From Parachlamydiales bacterium (GTDB lineage: Bacteria; Chlamydiota; Chlamydiia; Chlamydiales; JAEYWL01): a DNA stretch of 58,861 nucleotides. The stretch is from contig JAGVLX010000080.1 of assembly GCA_020054065.1 (NCBI GenBank), positions 1 to 58,861 on the forward strand, read 5' to 3'. The position numbers and the translations under genes were made by a program. Shown here piece after piece: positions 47,985 to 56,088 of this stretch (its first letter is position 1; each line of letters begins with the position of its first letter). The notes beneath the pieces were generated by a model that worked only from the letters and a program-made list of their open reading frames with translations, did no database searches and was not told where the DNA came from.

Positions 47985-49471
47985 AGACTTGCCTCTAATA
48001 CATCTTTGATAATTTGATACACACGTTTTTTATCTAATTGGCCATCACTCCATAACGCAAACTGTTGAGCCGCTTGGCGCGCAAACATTTCCTGTCCATA
48101 TATCACCTTGCACTGTTTTTTGAGAGCTTCTTTTAATAACTTAGTTTCGCGCGGCTTCGTGATAATATCCATCACCACAGCGCCGGCAATCAAATCTTGG
48201 CATGCAATCGGCATGGCATCAATCTCAGGCAGCATGCCGACCGAAGTCGTATTCACTAAAATATCGTAGGGGCCGATATCTTGCAGATCTTCCAATAATC
48301 CGGCTTTCGCCTGAAACTCCGTGGCGAGTTGCTCAGCACGCGCTAGGGTGCGGTTGAGAATCGTGACCGCAGCTCCCCGCTTCACCGCTTCGAATACGAC
48401 CGCGCGGCTCGCTCCGCCGGCACCCAAAACCACCATCTGTTTGCCTTGAACCGGAATCACCTCTTCCAGGGCATCTAACGCTCCCTTGCCATCGGTGTTA
48501 TATCCGGTGAACGCCTCATCTTTTTTCACTAATGTATTGGAAGCGCCGATTTTTTCAACCTCTTCGGAAACCGCATCCAAATCGAGTAAGATCTCTTCTT
48601 TAAGCGGTACAGTCACACTAAATCCAGCAAACGGCAGTTCCCGCACCAGTTGCATGAACCCTTCAAGCTCCAAGTCATGCACTGCGATTTTTATATAGAC
48701 GCCATTATAACTCAATTGAGTGAATACTTGATTGTGGGTTAGATGTGACGGACTTTGAACAACGATACCGCCCAGTAGCGCATAAACTTTGGTCTGAGGA
48801 TTGAGGTCTTTGTAGTGGTAGATGTGCTGCAATTCGTGAAGAGTGAGCTGTCCGGGGGCGGTTTTTTCTGATTCATGGCCGACGGCAAAGTCGGCAAAGC
48901 TGCCGACAACCGGTCCTAGAACGCGCGTCGGGAGACCATATTCGCCCATGCAGAGGCCAGATAGGGCCACACCCTGCTTCGCATGCCGTTGGACAAAGGC
49001 CAGCATCGTGAGGGCATCGGACGCGTTGGCGGCAGGAACGGCGATTTTATATCCATCAGCTGGAACGGTCATCATAGAAGCCAGAAGGTCATCCAAGCTT
49101 TTTGGCATGCTATGGAAGTCATGATATGAATAAATGATTTTGACATCGGGATAGTCGAGCAGCAGCTGGCTGATGATCGTAATGGGGGTGCCGAACTCGA
49201 TATCTAGATAGTCAGGGCCAATGGCAGCAGCTTGATTAAGCAACGCATACAAATCGGAATCGGATTCTGCAAAGGCCCCCCCCTGTTTCTTAGAGCGGAT
49301 TGTAAAGAGGACAGGCAATTCGGCGATTTCCAAGAGGGCGGCTAGTTCGATAGGATCGATGGTGTTCCATCGATCCAGCCTAAATTCAAACGCGTCAGCA
49401 TAACCGCGCGTTTCTTCCATCTGCCTTTCAACATCAGCAAGGGTGGGACCCGAAATGCAAGCGAATAACAT
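47981..49471 (-). CDS. aroDE: Bifunctional type I 3-dehydroquinate dehydratase / shikimate dehydrogenase
   Basis: N-terminal EFRLD..SYHDF (AroD); C-terminal SPSHLTHN, SVTVPLK, GASNT, GYNTDG, LGAGGAS (AroE). Confidence 0.93.
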   Translation of the reverse strand: MLFACISGPTLADVERQMEETRGYADAFEFRLDRWNTIDPIELAALLEIAELPVLFTIRSKKQGGAFAESDSDLYALLNQAAAIGPDYLDIEFGTPITIISQLLLDYPDVKIIYSYHDFHSMPKSLDDLLASMMTVPADGYKIAVPAANASDALTMLAFVQRHAKQGVALSGLCMGEYGLPTRVLGPVVGSFADFAVGHESEKTAPGQLTLHELQHIYHYKDLNPQTKVYALLGGIVVQSPSHLTHNQVFTQLSYNGVYIKIAVHDLELEGFMQLVRELPFAGFSVTVPLKEEILLDLDAVSEEVEKIGASNTLVKKDEAFTGYNTDGKGALDALEEVIPVQGKQMVVLGAGGASRAVVFEAVKRGAAVTILNRTLARAEQLATEFQAKAGLLEDLQDIGPYDILVNTTSVGMLPEIDAMPIACQDLIAGAVVMDIITKPRETKLLKEALKKQCKVIYGQEMFARQAAQQFALWSDGQLDKKRVYQIIKDVLEASL

Positions 49472-49483
49472 AGTGGCGCCTAA

Positions 49484-50014
49484 TTAGGATTGAAGTCCTA
49501 ATATAGCAAGAATACGATTTTCGACATCATGTTCTGATTGGGAATCGATTTTGACTTCATATTCTTGAAGCGCATGGTAGAGGGGTTGCCTTTCCTCATA
49601 AATTTGCTGGAAAATCTTTTGAAACTCCTGTTTTTCCATATACGCTGGCAGCGTAGGTTCGGCTAAGAGGCGTTGTTTGACAAGGTTTTTTTCGGTGTTT
49701 AGAAAAACCAAAGTTCCAAGATGCATGAGCACGTTACGGCTATATTCATCTAAGATCGTGCCCCCGCCGACGGCAATGATGGCTTTATCCAGCTTTTGAA
49801 GGGAACCTACCACCTGGCGTTCGAGCTGTCTGAAGAAATCGGCGCCCTCGCTTTGGTAGATCATGCGGAAGGAGAGTTCCTTGCCAGTTTGCTGTTTATA
49901 AAGATCCTCAATTAATTGGTCGGTATCGTAGAAGCTCCACCCTAAAAGCGTTGAAAGACGCTTTCCCACGTACGTTTTACCGCACCCTTTATGTCCAAAC
50001 AGAATGATATTCAT
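49484..50014 (-). CDS. aroK: Shikimate kinase (longest ORF from 50062)
   Basis: ILFGHKGCGKT P-loop, DTD, FFRQLE, VGGG, ERQPLY. Confidence 0.9.
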   Translation of the reverse strand: MNIILFGHKGCGKTYVGKRLSTLLGWSFYDTDQLIEDLYKQQTGKELSFRMIYQSEGADFFRQLERQVVGSLQKLDKAIIAVGGGTILDEYSRNVLMHLGTLVFLNTEKNLVKQRLLAEPTLPAYMEKQEFQKIFQQIYEERQPLYHALQEYEVKIDSQSEHDVENRILAILGLQS

Positions 50015-50094
50015 AACAACGTAATGATAACACAACAGTTTAAATAAAAGATTAACATTCAAAAAAGGTTTTTAAAAGAAAATACGATGCCAAT

Positions 50095-50133
50095 GTCCTG
50101 TTTGTCCTGTGTGTCGTGTTTGTCCTGGTCCTG
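50095..50133 (-). repeat. 9-bp-period GAC element (single arm) directly after the smc stop
   Basis: Minus strand reads TAA-CAGGACCAGGACAAACACGACACACAGGACAAACAGGAC; 38/39 identical to 47565..47603. Confidence 0.88.
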
Positions 50134-53100
50134 TTATACCAACGACGGTGAAGGAGACTTAGCGAATTCCATCGAAAGAATCTTAGAAACCCCTTTTTCT
50201 TGCATGGAGACCCCATAAAGGACATCGGCGATGGCCATGGTGCGTTTGTTGTGCGTAATGATGACGAACTGGCAGTGTTCGAGGAACTGCTTGAGCACGT
50301 TGACGAACCGTTCGATGTTGGAATCATCGAGCGGCGCGTCCATTTCGTCGAGGATGCAGAATGGGGCGGGTTTGACTTCGAAGATAGCGAAGAGCAGGGC
50401 CATTGCCGTCATGCACTTTTCACCGCCAGATAGGAGGGTAATGGAGCGCATCTGCTTCCCTGGGGGTTTGGCGGTGATTTCCACGCCAGCCGTGAGAACA
50501 TCTTGAGATTCGGTGAATTGGAGGTCGGCTTCGCCGCCATTGAAGAGGATTTGGAAATTTTTCTGGAAGTTGACGCGGATCTTCTCGAACGTTTCTTTGA
50601 ACATTTTGCGGCATTCTTCGTCGAGGCCAGCGATGATGGCGAGGAGTTCTTGTTTGGAGTGGTCCATGTCCCCAATTTGGGAGTAGAGGAATTCGTGCCG
50701 TTGGCGGTGCTGCTCGCACTCTTCGATCGCGGTCATGTTGACGTCGCCCATTTCTTCGAGGTCGTGGCGCATCGCCTTAAGTTGTTTTTCTGATTCAGGA
50801 AGTCCTTTCTCAAGCTTAAACCCTTTTTCGATCGCTTCTTGGATGGTAAGGTGGTACCGTTCGACGATCTCATCTTCGAGGGTTTTGATCGTGGAAGTGT
50901 GCTGTCCAAGCTGGTTGCCGACTTGGTAGTGTTCGGCTTCCAATTTTTTCTGCTGCTGGCGGATTTTGGTGGATTCGTCGTCGGAGGAATCGAGTTCTTT
51001 CTTTTGTTTTTTGACTAAGAGTTCGAGTTCGTGACAGCCCGCATGCATCTCTTTCAGTTGGGCGTCCACCTCTTTGATGGCGGTTTGGAACTGTTCTTTA
51101 GCTTGTACGATCTCTTGCTGCCGGCTGATACTATCGATTTGTTCTTGGCTAGTTTTCTGTTGCTGAGTTTGGCATTCCTGTTCGCGGACATTGAGAATAT
51201 TGAGATGGTAAACCAATTTTTGGTGTTGTTCGAGCAGTTGGTGGTAGGCGTTCTCTTGTTCTTTGTAGTCGCGGTTTTTGACTTTGTAGGCAACTTGTTG
51301 TTTTTCGTAATCTTGGTCGAGCTGGTTGGCCAGTTGCTGCGATTCAGCGGCTTTCTTTTTAGCCTCTTGGTATTTCGCTTCGGCCTGCTCCAGCTCTTGC
51401 TTCCATTTAGCGGTGTGTTCGGAGATCCCTTGGAGGTCGATGGCAACTTGCTTGTGCTCGTTGCGCGCCTTTTCCAGGTCGGAGATCGCTTTTTGCAGGG
51501 CGAAGTTCGCTTCGACAAGATGCATTTCTTCTTTACGGATGGTGCGGTCAAGTTCGCTGTGGCGGTTGTGCTGGTCTTGTTTTTTGTTTTGCACCTCTTT
51601 AAGCAACGTTTCGAAGCGGGCGACACTTTTCTCTTTTTCCGCAATTTGGGTTTCGAGGGTTTTAAGTTCCGCTTCCCGTGTGAAGACGTTCCCTTCGCCT
51701 TGGATAGCGAAGAAAATCACTTTACGGTGGTCGACGAAGATCCCTTGCGGGGTGCACAATTCCCACTCCCCTTCGCGGCAGGCATCCAGGGCATGATTGA
51801 TCGATTCCGTTTCGAAGATGGAGGAGAGGAAGTGGCGGGAGACGGGATCCGCATTGCGCTTAAGCAGCGATTTTGCTTTCGCTGGTGCAGCCGGCTGTTC
51901 CGCTTTTTTAGGCAACGTTTCCAAGCAGAAGAGCGAGAAATCCTTGATGGAATTCTTTTCGGCGAATTCGAGCACTGTCGCGAGGTCGGCTTTAGTTTTG
52001 ACGACGAGCGTTTGCAAATAAGGACGCATCGCTGCAGCTAAGGTCGATTCATGTCCTTGTTCGGTATTGACGATTTCATAGATCGCTTGGATTTTTTGAT
52101 AAAGGGGGCTTTGCGGCTTTTGAGCTTCCTGAAGTAATTTTTTACTGCCCGCGGAGAACCCTTGCATCTCTTCGCGAAGGCGCCACAACACTTTTTGGCG
52201 CGCTTTGGCTTCAGTCACATCTTTTTGCAGCGCTTCCCATTCAGTTTGCTTCTTTTGGATCTCTTGGCTGAAATCTTTCAACAGATTTTCGGCATGGCGC
52301 AGCTCCGCTTTCCGTTCGTCGATCGCTTGCGACAGGGTCGTCATCGCTTTTTTCTTTTCAGCGGATTGCTTTTCGTATTCTTTCATGAGCCGGTCGAGTT
52401 CAGTGCGGCGTGCTTCCAGCTTTTCGTGTTTTTCTTGAAATCCTTCTAATCGGATTTGAGCCTGCTTCCGTTCGCTGTCGGCATGGTGTTCGGCTTGGAC
52501 CGCTTTGACGCGTTCTTGGTTGGCTTTGAATTGGTTTTCACGCAATTTGCCAAGTTCGGTATCTAGGGCTTGTGCAGCCTCCCGCTGGGCATGGAGTTTG
52601 CTTTCCCATTCGGAAAGCTCTTTTTCCATTTTCTTAATCTTAACTTGCCCTTCTTGCTGCTCAGTCTGTAATTGCGTGGTGCGGTTTTTGAGGTCGACCA
52701 AATCTTGTTTATATTGCTGCTCTTTCTGCTTGGCTTCTTTCAGTCGCTCTTCGCATGTCTGCACTTCTTTTTGCCGAACATCCCTGATGCTGCGCAGTTG
52801 ATAAAGCTCTTCTTGTTTCGCTTTTAGGTGATCTTCCGTGTCAGCGACACCCGTCTTGACTGTGCCGTGTTTTTGCTGCAATGCATCTAATGTTTGGTTC
52901 AACGCATCGATCTGCTTTTGCAGTTCTTGAGAACGGTTTTGCGCAGTTTCCCACTTCTGATGCAGCACTTCCCATTTGCCGACTAAAACCGCTTTTTCAA
53001 GCGACTCTAATAAAATTTTGCGGTCTTTGTAGGTACGCGCTTTTTCCGACTGCTTTTCGAGGACGTTCAGCTGCTTCTCCACTTCGCGGTCGATATCGCG

Positions 53101-53673
53101 CAGTCGAACTAAGTTTTGTTCAGTTTGATCCAGCTTCCGCTTCGCTTCATTTTTACGCATCAGGAAGCGGCCGATGCCTGCGGCTTCTTCAAAGATCGAG
53201 CGGCGGTCGGTAGGCGAGAGGTTAATCACCTCGTCGATTTTGCCCTGCTCAAAGATGGAGAACGCATCTTTCCCAATCCCGGAATCCATAAACATGCCTT
53301 GAATGTCTTTCAAGCGGGCGGGTTGCTTGTTGATCAAATATTCCGATTCGCCGCTGCGGTGCAGGCGGCGGGTCACGGCTATCTCTTCATATTCGGTATT
53401 GAGATCGCCCCCGACATCGGTAAAGGTGATGGTGACTTCGGCATAATTTAACGGTTTGCGGGTGGAGGTTCCAGCAAAGATCACATCGTGCATTTTGATG
53501 CCGCGCATCGATTTGGCAGATTGCTCCCCTAACACCCAGCGAAATGCATCCGCGATGTTGGACTTTCCGCAGCCGTTCGGTCCGACAACGCCAGTGATCC
53601 CTTGCGTAAAGGTTAGCACAATGCGGTCAGCAAACGACTTGAATCCGACAATTTCAATTTTTTTTAGACGCAC
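50134..53673 (-). CDS. smc: Chromosome segregation protein SMC
   Basis: GPNGCGKSN Walker A, long coiled coils, hinge, LSGGEK signature, ILDEMDAPLD. Confidence 0.97.
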   Translation of the reverse strand: MRLKKIEIVGFKSFADRIVLTFTQGITGVVGPNGCGKSNIADAFRWVLGEQSAKSMRGIKMHDVIFAGTSTRKPLNYAEVTITFTDVGGDLNTEYEEIAVTRRLHRSGESEYLINKQPARLKDIQGMFMDSGIGKDAFSIFEQGKIDEVINLSPTDRRSIFEEAAGIGRFLMRKNEAKRKLDQTEQNLVRLRDIDREVEKQLNVLEKQSEKARTYKDRKILLESLEKAVLVGKWEVLHQKWETAQNRSQELQKQIDALNQTLDALQQKHGTVKTGVADTEDHLKAKQEELYQLRSIRDVRQKEVQTCEERLKEAKQKEQQYKQDLVDLKNRTTQLQTEQQEGQVKIKKMEKELSEWESKLHAQREAAQALDTELGKLRENQFKANQERVKAVQAEHHADSERKQAQIRLEGFQEKHEKLEARRTELDRLMKEYEKQSAEKKKAMTTLSQAIDERKAELRHAENLLKDFSQEIQKKQTEWEALQKDVTEAKARQKVLWRLREEMQGFSAGSKKLLQEAQKPQSPLYQKIQAIYEIVNTEQGHESTLAAAMRPYLQTLVVKTKADLATVLEFAEKNSIKDFSLFCLETLPKKAEQPAAPAKAKSLLKRNADPVSRHFLSSIFETESINHALDACREGEWELCTPQGIFVDHRKVIFFAIQGEGNVFTREAELKTLETQIAEKEKSVARFETLLKEVQNKKQDQHNRHSELDRTIRKEEMHLVEANFALQKAISDLEKARNEHKQVAIDLQGISEHTAKWKQELEQAEAKYQEAKKKAAESQQLANQLDQDYEKQQVAYKVKNRDYKEQENAYHQLLEQHQKLVYHLNILNVREQECQTQQQKTSQEQIDSISRQQEIVQAKEQFQTAIKEVDAQLKEMHAGCHELELLVKKQKKELDSSDDESTKIRQQQKKLEAEHYQVGNQLGQHTSTIKTLEDEIVERYHLTIQEAIEKGFKLEKGLPESEKQLKAMRHDLEEMGDVNMTAIEECEQHRQRHEFLYSQIGDMDHSKQELLAIIAGLDEECRKMFKETFEKIRVNFQKNFQILFNGGEADLQFTESQDVLTAGVEITAKPPGKQMRSITLLSGGEKCMTAMALLFAIFEVKPAPFCILDEMDAPLDDSNIERFVNVLKQFLEHCQFVIITHNKRTMAIADVLYGVSMQEKGVSKILSMEFAKSPSPSLV

Positions 53674-53688
53674 GATTTAAATCCCTAT

Positions 53689-54204
53689 TTATTCGAGATC
53701 CCAATAATAGATGGCGTGGAACTTCCCTTTGCCATTTTTTACATGATCCGCCGTTTTAGACATCCCTGCCTTCGAAAAGATTGCGTGGGCGCGAGTGTTG
53801 CCTACCTCTGGGTCAGCTATTATACGTCTCAGAGGGCGATTTTGCAAAAGAATAGTGACAAATTCTTGGATAATTGGCACCGACAACCCTTGGTTGAGGA
53901 AGAGGCGGTTCCCAATGAAGAGATCCAACCCAGCCGTTTCTCCTTCCGTAGAGCGCCATTGGGCATAAGGATGCTCGTTTTCAATGGGATATAACTGAAT
54001 ATAGCCAATCGCATTATACTCGATATGGATGATATAGGATTCGACATTGCGGGGCGTGAAATAATGATTTAACACCTGTTCGATCGTCCGGTCGCCATCA
54101 TCCCAAAACTGCTTGACGTGCTCCTCTTGGAGCCACGCATGCAAGAGTTCTAAGTGGCTGGATTTTAAAGGAACAAAAGAGATTTGCAAGGTTCTATGAC
54201 GCAT
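53689..54204 (-). CDS. GNAT acetyltransferase (AAC(6')/Acetyltransf_8-like); longest ORF from 54315
   Basis: WLQEEHVKQFW, IGYIQ, GLDLFIG, NQGLS, DPEVGNTRA..KAG. Confidence 0.75.
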   Translation of the reverse strand: MRHRTLQISFVPLKSSHLELLHAWLQEEHVKQFWDDGDRTIEQVLNHYFTPRNVESYIIHIEYNAIGYIQLYPIENEHPYAQWRSTEGETAGLDLFIGNRLFLNQGLSVPIIQEFVTILLQNRPLRRIIADPEVGNTRAHAIFSKAGMSKTADHVKNGKGKFHAIYYWDLE

Positions 54205-54259
54205 CGGAGCAACCTCGGGTAAAAGGATCAGTGTACGGGTTGCTAAATTAAAAATAAAA

Positions 54260-55657
54260 CTAAACCTTAACCGCGTAGTCGATCCGGTCAACGCTCCAGG
54301 GAGCGTTCGAGACATGCCCTGATTTAAGGACTTCCAGCTCGGCTTTTTGGGGATCGCAGATCACTTGCCCGATGCACGCCGAAGCTCCGCGTTTGATTTC
54401 ACTCACCTTGCTGCCGCTTTTCTCATCGTACACGCTGACGATGCCGCTGATGTTCCCCAAGAAAATCAGTTTGCGAATGCGGTCGTAGGCAATCGAACTG
54501 GTGAAATCCGACGCCCCTTTTTCAGAAACCACCTTAAATTCACTTTTGATTTCGCAGCGTGTGAGATCCCAAACAGCGACCGCATGCACCTTCAAATCGT
54601 TTGTCAGGTAGGCAATAAACAATTGGTTGGATTCCTCTTCATAAAAAGAGGTGAACATGAAACAGGAATCCGGCAAGGTGATTGCCCCTACAATAGTTCC
54701 TAAAGCCATATTCATCACTTGCACCTTGCCTGCATCGTCGCAATAGGTCAGGGTTTTATTTTTATGAGAGTAATTGACAAGCGCCGGATATTTATTCGGC
54801 AATTGTTGGAGGCAGATCCCTGTACTTAAAGACCAGATATGAATAGCCCCTGGCGCAATGGAAAAAATACAGTCCAGCGTTTCATCGATGATGATTTGTT
54901 CGATATGGGCCGCAGCACCCGTTACAGATTCGGTTTGCACTTCCTCTTGGGTGGCGATATTTTTGATAAACAGCTGATGGAATTCCGATCCCGCTACAAC
55001 AAATTTTTCGCTGCAGGCAATAGCTGTATGGCGTCCTGGCAACATTTGTCTTAAAGTCACTCTACCGCTTGCCATGTTCCATACCGCTAACCGGTCATGA
55101 TGGGTTCCTGTAATGGCAGCCACATGATGTGCGGATAGGCCGGTTTTCATCACCGGTTCGGGAGTAATTTCTAAGGGTATCTGCTGATCGATGCGCTTAT
55201 CCCATACGCTTCCGCTCGCAGGATTTTCTCCATTGCGCTTAGGGTGATTATAGTCGTACATCGACACCAACAGCTCGCGCGAGGGATGAATCATTAAATC
55301 ATGGATACGCCAAGACGGTTCAGTTACATGCTGAGGTTGATACATTTGCGCTTGGAATTGCTGCCGCACGACGACCGCCAGTTTGGCGGCTTCATACCAG
55401 TTTTTCACTCCTTCTGGGAGTTCCGTCATTCCAAATTTACCCTGGCACAGCGGCTTCCAAATCCGATCCTGTTGGACCAGGTTGCGTAGGCGCCTATTGA
55501 CGCGGCTGAGGGAATAAAAATCTTTTAACTGGGGAAGTTTTTCGAGAATCGAAAGGATGACATCTTGACTGTGTTGGGAGAAATCGACCCGTTTTGGGGT
55601 AAATTTTTCGACAATTGCTTTTTTAAAACTGTTAAACCCTTCTAAAATGCAATCCAT
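54260..55657 (-). CDS. F-box protein with WD40-like beta-propeller (eukaryote-like, candidate effector)
   Basis: DVILSILEKLP..DFYSLSRVNRRLRNLVQQDRIWKPLC F-box; repeated (I/V)W(N/S/D) strand ends. Confidence 0.8.
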   Translation of the reverse strand: MDCILEGFNSFKKAIVEKFTPKRVDFSQHSQDVILSILEKLPQLKDFYSLSRVNRRLRNLVQQDRIWKPLCQGKFGMTELPEGVKNWYEAAKLAVVVRQQFQAQMYQPQHVTEPSWRIHDLMIHPSRELLVSMYDYNHPKRNGENPASGSVWDKRIDQQIPLEITPEPVMKTGLSAHHVAAITGTHHDRLAVWNMASGRVTLRQMLPGRHTAIACSEKFVVAGSEFHQLFIKNIATQEEVQTESVTGAAAHIEQIIIDETLDCIFSIAPGAIHIWSLSTGICLQQLPNKYPALVNYSHKNKTLTYCDDAGKVQVMNMALGTIVGAITLPDSCFMFTSFYEEESNQLFIAYLTNDLKVHAVAVWDLTRCEIKSEFKVVSEKGASDFTSSIAYDRIRKLIFLGNISGIVSVYDEKSGSKVSEIKRGASACIGQVICDPQKAELEVLKSGHVSNAPWSVDRIDYAVKV

Positions 55658-55799
55658 AACATCCTAAATAAAATTACATTTTTAAACATTAACTCATTAA
55701 TTTCAAGTTTTATCTTAAAATCATATAATAAATAATTAATTATTATCTTTTTTGAAATTTTATTCTCATAGATCTACATCGACAAGAACGCCAGAACAG

Positions 55800-55939
55800 A
55801 AATTAACCACAGAGACACAGAGGCACAGAGAAAAACAAATAAAATTGATTAGATGCCCACAGCCAGGATATTTTGAGATTGGAAAGATTTGTTACTATTA
55901 ATTTTCTTCTCTGTGCCTTTGTGTCTCTGTGGTTAATTT
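55800..55939. repeat. 8-bp-period CACAGAG hairpin element
   Basis: 55801..55830 AATTAACCACAGAGACACAGAGGCACAGAG pairs with 55909..55938 (29/30, the mismatch being G-U compatible). Confidence 0.9.
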
Positions 55940-56088
55940 GTAGGTCATAATGCCCACCCAGGCACGGGCACGAAGGATGCGAAATGACTTGAAAACCGAT
56001 GCCAAAAGCGACTTTTTTTGATTTATGCAATTGCCGCTTCAAGGTATGATTTGCGTCATACACTCACTGTTAAGGAGACTCAAATTCC

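Noticed and set aside
3934-50133. GAC elements as CRISPR arrays or ordinary intrinsic terminators
   Set aside because: Units are 9 bp with no unique spacers; several copies have no stem and most lack a U-tract.
50200-53451. Many long ORFs overlapping smc, including the 336-aa ORF at 51031..52041
   Set aside because: Shadow frames of a biased coiled-coil gene; hydrophobic or low-complexity translations with no motifs.
55803-56063. 86-aa minus-strand ORF containing NHRDTKAQRR
   Set aside because: Reads through the hairpin element and the serS upstream region; no GxxExxY or other family motif.
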